A stretch of 64,000 nt of DNA. It comes from Octopus vulgaris (taxonomy: Eukaryota). The translations under genes were made by a program, and so were the position numbers. Under the pieces are notes generated by a model. The model was given only the letters and a program-made list of their open reading frames with translations, had not been told where the DNA came from and made no database searches. The stretch is taken from NCBI GenBank assembly GCA_951406725.2, contig OX597831.1, positions 12,648,001 to 12,712,000 of the forward strand, in the 5' to 3' direction. This document shows, piece after piece, positions 54,136 to 64,000 of the stretch (positions within the stretch are counted from its first letter, which is position 1; the number at the start of each line of letters is the position of its first letter).

Positions 54136-55586
54136 GACAGAGAGAGAGAGATGTAGATTGCTGACTGATAGATAAACGATAACGTAAATGGTTTTGTGTT
54201 TGACAAATGTGAGTCAGGCTTCTTAGTCAGAGGAGGAGGATGACGATCAACGCCCATTGACCTGTTGCAGGACCTGTGAAACAGGTGAGTGGAAATGGTT
54301 GGCGAAAACCATGACTCATAGGTTGCTGCAGTAGAAAGCAACACACACGTATGTATATATATATACACACACACACATGCACATATATGTACATACATTT
54401 ACACACACTTGCACATACGATTATGTGAATGTCTCAATAAAACGGAATAAAGTGATTGGTTTGAATATTTTATTAGGATGAATAATAAATGCAGACATAG
54501 CTCAGTGGTTAAGGTCGTTTGGCGATCATAGATTTGAGTCCAATTCCACCGTACAGCATATTCAACAAGTAACTTCTACAAACAACCTAGGGTCTATCAA
54601 AGACTCGTGAGTGAAATCAGCGTCAAGGATCATTGCGTGTGTGTGTGACGGGGTCGTAAACACACCAACATCGGTTGTCAAACGATGGTGAGGGGACAAA
54701 CACAGACACACACATATATACATACGACGGGCTTCTTTCAGTTTCCATCTACCAAATCCACTCAAAAGGCTTTGGTCGGCCCGAGAGTATAGTAGAAGAC
54801 GCTTGCCCAGCGGGACTGAACCCGGAACCATATGGTTGCTAAGCAAGCTACTTACCAAATAGCCAATCCTGTGCCTATATTGACAATATATTGATAATAT
54901 ATATCATAACCTATTCAAATGAACACTGTAGTTATATTCATGATCTGATTTATTTCTTGCCTTAAGTTGATGGAATCCAATGATCCTTTATTTAAATGTG
55001 TCAATAGCTACAACACTTTCCTGTGTTTAATACCAGTTTCTTATTAGGAGACACTTGTTCTATTAACCTTTGAAAGGCAAAGCTGACCTTGGTAGGATTT
55101 GAACTGAGAAAGTAAAAGAAAGTGACTACATATTGTAAAGCATTTGTTTGCCGGTCTAACGATTCTGCCAACCTACTTGTTTAAAGTAAACACATTAATT
55201 CTAATCCGATGTGCTTAATTGAAGCAGTGATGAATTAAAATAGCTATCTAGGTACTATACATAAGGTATATACATCGTAGACAGACAAGGCACTGTAGTT
55301 TTCCTCCGATATAAAATCTCTTATAGACGTGCAGCTATTCGCAATATCAGTCAATGTATTATTTACAGTTTTCTATATTGGAGGCAACAGGGTTCGTCTG
55401 CGCACGTGGCTGCGAGCACACGCCATTGGAGGCTGATATGCATCATATATATATTGCTGACCAACGACATGGTTCCTGGTTCAGTTCCGCTCTGTGGTAC
55501 CTTGGGCAAGTGTCTTCTCCTATATCCTCGAGCCGACTAAAGCTTTGTGAGTGGATTTGATAGACGGAAACTGAAAAAAGCCCGTC

Positions 55587-55620
<34 letters not shown>

Positions 55621-55832
55621 TTTTATTATTTTACTTGTTCCAGTCATTTGATCGCGGCAACTGCTGGAGCACCACCTTTAGTCGAACAAATCGACGCCAG
55701 GACTTATTCTTTGTAAGCCTAGTACTTATTCTATGAGTCTGTTTTGTCGGATCGCTATGTTATGGGGACGTAAACACACCAGCATCGATTGTCAAAGCGA
55801 TGGTGAAGGGACAAACACAAATACACTCACAC

Positions 55833-55982
<150 letters not shown>

Positions 55983-56547
55983 GTATATATACGACGGGCT
56001 TCTTTTAGTGTCCAAATCCAGTCACAAGGCTTTGGTCGGTTCGAAGCTATAGTAGAAGACACTTGCCCAAGGTTTCGCACAGTGGGACTGAACCCGGAAC
56101 TATGTGGTTGGGAAGCAAGCTTTTTACCACACAGCCATTCCTGCGCCTACATGTATTTATTGGTCTGTGTTTATCCCACCACCACCAATTGACTGATGTT
56201 GGTGTGTTTACGTCCCTATAACCTAAGGGTTCGGCAAAAGAAACCAATAGAACAAGTCCTAGGCTTACAAAGAATAAGTCCTGGGGCCGGTTTGTTCGAC
56301 TAAAGGTTGTGCTCCAGCATGGCCGCAGTCAAATGACTGAAACAAGTAAAAAAAAAAAGAATAAAAGAATATATATATATATATATATAACACAGTACGT
56401 CTATAAAAAACTTTATCTCGGACAAAAATCGCAGTATCTTTCCTGTTAACGGCGTATCTACATTAGGTATGAGCACAGATGTGTACTGATTCTACATAAA
56501 TGCTAAAATAGTAAAAGGAAATTATTACATTCAACTATGACTTAAAA

Positions 56548-56880
56548 GGGTAAAGACCCCCTTCGGTCATGAATGACCATGGGATTGCACCTAGAAAGTT
56601 ACCCTCCTAGACACAAGTCCGGGCAAGGTTGTTTATGGAAGACCAGCAGTCGCCCATGCATACCAGCCTCTCATCTCCACGCCACCAGTGTTATCCAAGG
56701 GAAAGGCAAAGGTCGATACAGCTTGGTACCAGTGACGTCGCAACTCATTTCTACAGCTGAGTGAACTGGAGCAACGTGAAATAAAGTGCCTTGCTCAAGA
56801 ACACAACACGCAGCCCGGTCCGAGATTCGAGCTCACAACCTCACGATCGTAAGCTCGACGCTCTAACCACTGAGCCATGA
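56548..56880 (-). mobile_element. tRNA-derived SINE (family D), near full-length
   Basis: Reverse complement TGGCTCAGTGGTTAGAGCG...GAGCTCGAATCTC...TGTGTTCTTGAGCAAGGCACTTTATTTCAC...GACCGAAGGGGGTCTTTACCC. Confidence 0.85.
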
Positions 56881-57071
56881 CTAAAACGATTATATACAAC
56901 GAGATCTAAAATTCAAATAATGACAGTATTTTACCATTCATTTTGATAGGAAACGAAAGTAAACAGATAAGCTTCATTTTGTTTACGCTGTCGATATTTA
57001 GCTCCTGGCTAGCCTTGATATAGCTGTCTTACGGTCAACAGCAATCCAGTAATCATACAGTGTTTTGGTTT

Positions 57072-57375
57072 CAGGTATAGTGGTTAGAGGGTCAGGCTCA
57101 CAATCACGAGGTAGTGAGTTCGATTCCTGGACCTGGTTGTGTGTTATGTTCTTGAGCAATACACTTTACTTTACGTTGCTCCAGTTCACTCAACTGTGGA
57201 AATGAGTTGCGACATCACAGGTGCCAAGCTGTATTGGCCTTTGCCGTTCCCTTGGATGACATCGGTGACGTGGAGAGGGGAGTGTGACATGGAAACAACC
57301 TTGCCCGGACATGTGCCGCGGAGAGTAACATTCTAGTTGCAATTCCATGGTCGTTTATGATCGAAGGGACCCTCT
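57072..57375 (+). mobile_element. Family D SINE, divergent to the 56548-56880 copy
   Basis: TAGTGGTTAGAG...GAGTTCGATTCC...TTCTTGAGCAATACACTT...GATCGAAGGG. Confidence 0.8.
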
Positions 57376-58885
57376 CTCATAGTGAGTGTAAGTAGTGCGG
57401 CATCGTCCAATGTATTTTCTGCAATAGCGTTTCTCAGCCATTCCCAACTCCCAAAAAGCGTGGTCCCATCGTGAACGGACACATATTTCTTTTAACTATT
57501 CACATGTTTCAGATTGAGGCTATACTGGGGTACCAACTTGAGTAAATCGACTCCTGTACCTATTTATTTAGAACCTGATACTTACTCTATCGGTCTTTTG
57601 CCGAACTGCAAGGTTACAGGAACGTAAACCAACCAATATTGGTTGTGAAGTGGTGATTTCAAACTCACACAACGGACTTATTTCAATTTCTGTCAACCAA
57701 AAGCACTCACACGGCTATGATCTCCAAAATAGGTTTAGATAAAAATTTTAATGCAAGTTTTATTCACTTGTTACGTCCTAACCAGAAGAAACCCCCGCCT
57801 CATCTTGAAAAGCATTGCTTTACGTTGACGATAGTGTGACACGAGGTAGATATAGCTTTTATTTCTAGTAAGTGGAATGACCCGATAGAGGCATCCTTGT
57901 TTGCTAATTCCGCGATTTTCCCACAAGATTACGTTAACGGGTGAATACAATGTGAGGAAGACTTGGTTGATATTTCTAGCACTGATAGCGGCCATGTAAA
58001 GGATTCCACGTTCCATGTTAAAGTGGAAAGCAGCAATGTGTAAAGAAAGACAACTCAAAATATTCTGAATTTGAAGTTATTTTGAGTTATCGATCGTGAT
58101 TTCTATTAACTCCCTTGGATCTACCATAGTAGCATTCTGCTAGAATTCAACTGGAAACCATTTCCCACGCTTTATTTTTCTGCAACTCTGCAACATATCG
58201 GTGTTTGCACGCTTCTCGCGAGTGTTTCGTAAACAAGTCATCGATGACGCAGCTACAGAGCTACACGACCAGCTAGAAATAGCAGCCAAATCTCAGTTAA
58301 ATTCAATACTACAGTTTTATATATAAGGAATGCGCATGTTAGGAAATGTAGCCCTAATCCTTAAAATACAAGACGATCATGGCGAAATACTGCTCCATCA
58401 TTGTTTAAAAGGGACAACAATAATAACATTTAGAAACATTCTACTTTTTTTAAAATTGGAACAAAAATACTGAGAAGTTAGTGAATAGATTCATTTTAGT
58501 TACATCAAAGTAACAGCTGACAAGACATTGTGTGGTCGCTCCGACTGCTAGAAATAGCAACTCTTATCACCACCAAACCACACCTAACTATCTTAAAACA
58601 TACGCACACAAAAGACATTATATATACGACTGTTCTAGGAACATGAAAGAGTACGTATGAATAATTTATGGGATGGTCTATGTTAGAAGACCTTTGAACA
58701 TAAGTGTGTTTAATCAAGATTAATTTGAGAATACTGGTTTAGAGCTGAACTAGCCAAACATAAACACGGCTATTCAGAGATCACACTCCATCGCCAAAGA
58801 AGAAAGAAAACTCAACAAAATCACAGTTAAATTAGAAAATTTCTATCTTTAAATCTCACAATGTGAGATATTCAGCAACAGTACT

Positions 58886-59052
58886 TTGTAGTAAAGATTG
58901 CTTGCCAACACAACATGGCAGTCCTGGTTTAGGATGAATGTTGCTATAATTTAGCCTGAGCTGGAGACGATGTCTCCTGGGGATAAATTACAGCAACATT
59001 CGTCCTAAACCAGGACTGCATTGTTATGTTGGCAAACAATCTTTATTACAAA
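58886..59052. mobile_element. Small hairpin MITE-like element
   Basis: ~70-bp arms TTTGTAGTAAAGATTG...GCAGTCCTGGTTTAGGA / TCCTAAACCAGGACTGC...CAATCTTTATTACAAA around a short GGAGAC..GTCTCC centre. Confidence 0.75.
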
Positions 59053-62000
59053 ATAACAGTTTTTTTATAAATAACTATTACTTTTCTGTAAGTGTTGTTT
59101 AGCAAGAAGTCTGACCTGGCTGAGTACAACTGTGATCAGAAGACTTCTTTCCGACCTTTCATAAATATTTTGACTTTTATTCAGGCTTAGCATATCTAAG
59201 TCTATATCACCTATATCACATGTCAAAAACTGGTTGAGCTTCATTTAGAGAAGATTTACTTGTTATTTCATTGTGTTGTCATTAGAAGTATAATAATATA
59301 TTGTTGTGGAAGGATTCTGACCAGCTCACCAAGTGACTAAAGGTGGACTGATTCATTGTTATAAATTAAAGAACTGTAAGCGATGAGCAGTTCAGGTTGG
59401 TAAGCAGTTCACTGTGAGCCATGGTTGAGAGTTTCGAGTCACAGGTAATAGTAATGGTAGTGCATAGTGTATATACTTTCTTTCGCACACTGTATCGTTA
59501 TAATATATATCCAATACAAAGATATAAAACATGTGAACACGGAAAGATTCTAGTAAACTTTTTAAAAAGCTGTTGCATGTGTGTGTCTATCTGAAAGATT
59601 AAGGAATTCATTTCACAATCATAAGTTCCCAGGTTTCATTCAGCTGAGAGACAATTTGCTAAAGTGTCTTCTATGATAGTAACAGGCTGCCCCAAGTAAA
59701 TGAACTTGGTTAGACAGAAACAACTGTACCATGCAGCTGCTCATAGTTTGTCATATAATGTCATGCTGAATGTGCCTAAGGACGCCTGAAGGCACAAGTC
59801 ATCTGAGGAATAATGTAATTATTCAGTATACAGGTATTTTCTGATCAAAAGACTGCAAAACCCATCATGAAAACTGATGCAAGCACCATCATGTTTGTGC
59901 AAGAGAGAGCAAGAAGAGAACAATGAAAGTGAAAAATCAAGGGAAAAGAAAAAGTAAGCTGGTGCAACTGTGTGTGTGTGTGTGTGTGCACGCATGTGTG
60001 TGTGTGTGAAACTGAAGTAAGTTTTAATAATAACGATGGTTGTAAGTAACTCATTGTCTTAGTTGAAAAGGTATCAAGGGTATGTCAAACAGAGGTTTTC
60101 AGAAACAAAGATTAAATTGGGTTTTTTAACCTTAAGAGGTACAGCTGTAAAATTTGAAAAGTGACCACCACTGTAGAGGAAATCCCAGCTAATAACAACT
60201 GAAATGTTTCTATGCTTTATCTATTTTGTAAGAGTATTATTTCAAAATAAGGATTTCGCTATATGAACACATGCTTGATTATATGTATATTATAAGGGAT
60301 CAACTTAATTTGAAAGAATTAATGAGTCAGAGTAATTAGTAGAAATTCTTAGTACATACTAAAAACTTAATTTAACTGCTCTGAAGAGTTGGTTATGATT
60401 CTCAGTATTGCTTGCTTTCTTGTGATATTAAAAATACTGAAATGTTGACAGAATAATGTAAAATTAAATTAAAACAGATGAAGGATTGACATTTTCAACT
60501 TTGAAGGAAAAAATATTATTTGCATTCTTGTTTAAAATGATAACTCATATATACACAGCAAAATTATACTGAATTACAAATTATAGACACATTATTTGAT
60601 TAGAACTCTAATCAAGATATACCAAGAATTAAGGAAAAGAAAACAACAACAAAATAATTTTGTGTTTCTGATAAAACTGTAATGAAACAAAACATTTCAC
60701 GAACAGCTTTTTTTTGGACTGGATTGAACTGCCCACATTCAGTCCACTGCAGAACGAAGGCCTCAGCATGTTCTGTCCATCAACCACAGGTCTGATCCAG
60801 AGGCCATGAATTTGAGCTTCAGATCAAACTGGTTTAATGAGCCTACTCTGCCACACTGGCTTGACATGGCCTGGCAGAGAGGTGCAATTTACTATACTCT
60901 TACCCAGGAGTAGTTAAGTTGACCATATTGATCACTTCCAATATAGTTCTCTACCCTAGTTGGAGTAAAGTTTATCATTCTGTCCCTTGGCCCATACAAG
61001 CCATCAAGTTATAACAGTGCCAATAAAGAACTGATATTTGTGTAATTTACCTAAAATAGATCAGCTTGGCAAAGCTATTCCTTACCAAGTTCGAATGCAG
61101 CACTGAAACATACACACATACATACATACATACATACATACATACATACATACATACATACATACATACATACATACATACATACATACACACATACATA
61201 CATGAACACATGTATGCATATGTACACACTAGCATGCATATATATACATGCATACATACATCACGGATGCATGCATACATGCAGGTATACATAATGCACA
61301 CATGCATACATATATACAAGCTTTCAAATCCAGTACCCAAAATACACTTTTCAGTTTCATATTTATTATCATTATTATTATTGGAGCAACAGGGTACATC
61401 TCAACTTGTCTGGAGCAAAGTATGATTTAACTTGGGTTCTTGGGGAAGAAAATGCAAATCCTTAATTTATACACTACAAAAGATTACAATATGTGGGACT
61501 ACAAAAATCTGCAAAACCTTTTTTCAGATTGAAAGGACGATGAACAAAACAAGATGCTTTACTTCACAACCTTGCTGTCAAGAAGATGACCAGTCAGAGT
61601 TTATTCTAAATTAAAAAGAGAAACAGAACACAAGCACATTCACACACACACACACGGTAATATCTTCCACTGTGACATGATGATGTTGCTAAAGCAAACT
61701 ACAAATCTATTCACAGAAAATACTGCCCTGGGTAAAATACAAACAACACCCTTGTTATGGAATGCATACATAGCACAAGGAACACTGGTTGAACATTCTT
61801 TAATACAAAATTGTTTGGTGATGTAAATCAGCTGGTATGAGCCTAAATTTACAATAACAATTGTTTACTCTAGGCACAGGGCCTTGAATTTGGGGGAGGG
61901 AGCTATTTGATTATGTCCTGGAACTTAGAGTATCAAAATTGAGAGAATTTGAGCTTAAAATGTAAAGCTGGAAGAAATGCTGCTAAGCAGTTTGTCTGAC

Positions 62001-62417
62001 ATGCTAACAATTCTGCTAGCTTGCTGCCTTAATAATAATCCTTTCTACTATAAGCACAAAGACCTGAAATTGGGTGGTGGAGGAGGAGGAGGACCATCAC
62101 CCAGTTTACTGAAAGAATGAACGGTAAAGCTGACCTTAGAGGAATTTGAACTCAGAGTGTAAAGACCAACAAAATGGTGCTAAGCATTTTGCCCAGCATG
62201 CAAGCAATTCTGCCATCTCACCACTTTAATAATCCTTTCTACTGTAGGCACAAGGCCTGAAATTTGGTGAGATCTGGCCAGTTGAATAGATCGACCTAGT
62301 ACACAACTGGTACTTAATTTGTCAACCTTGATGGAACTTGAACTCAGAACGTAGCGATGGGCGAAATACTACTAAGCATTTCATCCAGTGTGCTAACGAT
62401 TCTGCCAGCTCACCACC

Positions 62418-62468
<51 letters not shown>

Positions 62469-62477
62469 GTAATAATA

Positions 62478-62850
62478 ATTGATGTGGCAGAGCCAGGAGA
62501 TCAACATATAAAAGGAAGAGACACTTTTGATGAATATGGAGACCTGAGAATTGAAATTACCAAGTTGTGGAAGCTATGAGACTCAAAGATTGTTCCTGTT
62601 GTCATAGGAGCATTGGGTTCAATACCACTCAACTTTAAGAAACATCTGGAAACTTTAGAAATACCCTACAATCTTGGTGTATTGCAAAAATCAGCTTTAG
62701 TTAGAACTGCATGCACATTGTGAAAAGTACTGTTTGTCTGAGGTCCTTATTGTGACTTGACAGACAATACAAACCCCCGGTACACCCAGTATCTTCAATC
62801 TACAGCATCACAATATTGGATACTGAGCGACGACTTCAATAATAATAACA
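62478..62850 (+). mobile_element. R4/Dong-like LINE 3' end inserted beside an (AAT)n tract
   Basis: IDVAEPGD, IVPVVIGALGSIP and LQKSAL motifs of the restriction-like endonuclease, with (AAT)n on both sides. Confidence 0.8.
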
Positions 62851-63751
62851 AAAGTTTTTATATATATGGTAGCAAGATGCTTAAAATATTAATTAAAATT
62901 AATTAGTTTAATTATCCATTAAGGAGAAAACAAAAGATTTTGCATTCATACTAATCCTTTTTTTGCTTTGTCATGATGTAGGACAAATTCAAAAAGTTAG
63001 ACACCATCTTAATTGTATTAAACATGGCAATTTATCTGGCCCATTTTCAAACTTCTCACCCTGTCCTCAGAGGTGGAGAGGGGACTGGCCTCACCTTTGC
63101 GAAACACAGCACTAAATAAGGAGACATACCATACTGAGCAATATAGTCCTAGATATCTAAAACAGTAAAAAAAAACTCAGAAATGGCATAGCGTTGAATA
63201 CAGGTCTGCTCTAGGACTATAACGCAAGTCCTCAACTGTAAATCCCCCAACAAACATCTCATTTCTAAATTGTTGTAAGTTTAACAATGTATTAACGGTG
63301 GCCACGAGTGTGGGCTGGAAAGCTGCATACAGCTATTGAAGTTATTATATGCAGCCCCCATAATAATATTGGATTACAGTGCCTGTCTTTTCTAAAACAC
63401 TATTCTCTAGAGATGAAGAAAACATATTTATACTATGTAGCTCTCACTGTATATATAATATTTAGTTATGTTTTTTGTAAACATATGCTGCAACTCCTGA
63501 ACATGGAAGAAAATTTTACATCTCATCAAAAGACTTCTTTATACCATACTGACAAACTGAATTTGTTAACCAGATTTTATACTAACATTTATCACCTTGA
63601 AGGAAAAGGTACTATCATCTCATATATAGTCAGGGTTTAGAATTGTTAGTAACTGGAGAGAATATAAATTAAAATATTGTGTTAACATGTCCAAGATAAG
63701 GAAAACACCCCAAAAAGTGAAAAGAAAGCACCACAATTAATTTATTTCAGA

Positions 63752-63782
<31 letters not shown>

Positions 63783-63796
63783 GATGCAGCACGGAC

Positions 63797-63846
63797 TTTG
63801 TCAGTGAACAGGTCGCGGATTTTAGCGACGAAAATATTTTGACAAA
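63797..63846 (+). ncRNA. Minimal type-I hammerhead motif, G3-C8 core variant (within family 2 element 63790-63988)
   Basis: TTTGTCA-GTGAACA-G-GTCGC-GGATTTTA-GCGAC-GAAA-ATAT-TT-TGACAAA: perfect 7-bp stem I, 5-bp stem II and a palindromic AATATT stem III. Confidence 0.75.
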
Positions 63847-64000
63847 TTAAACTTAAATGTTGGAGTGAATCGAACGGCTTTTGTGTGTTTCTTAAATGGC
63901 TTATAAACACCTTCCACGCTGCAATTGTTTTCATTTCAGCACACGATCTCAGATCAAATTACTTGCTATGCGAGTACATCTCCGTAATATATATATATAT

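Noticed and set aside
54282-54290. Splice donor CAGGTGAGT
   Set aside because: The same AACAGGTGAG..GTTGGC motif is part of a recurrent SINE segment (e.g. ~33437), so it is not diagnostic.

Overview
AT-rich, repeat-dense, non-coding eukaryotic DNA. The SINE families, microsatellite load and element mix resemble a coleoid cephalopod (Octopus-like) genome; this is an inference from recall. I can support no intact protein-coding gene, and almost all listed ORFs are microsatellite or SINE artefacts. The window holds several tRNA-derived SINE families, two decayed mariner elements, hAT-, Merlin- and piggyBac-like MITEs, and 3' remnants of RTE, CR1 and R4/Dong-type LINEs. The most notable signal is two families of small non-autonomous elements carrying minimal type-I hammerhead ribozyme motifs. 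Family 1 joins a tRNA-like Pol III head, an (AAT)n spacer and a hammerhead, and is inserted as inverted Penelope-style pairs, two of them with target-site duplications. Family 2 has a hammerhead core with a reciprocal G3-C8 swap (GUGAACA instead of CUGANGA). There is also an unexplained 104-bp direct repeat and a CpG-retaining domain at about 49.8-58.9 kb. All folds and alignments were done by eye.
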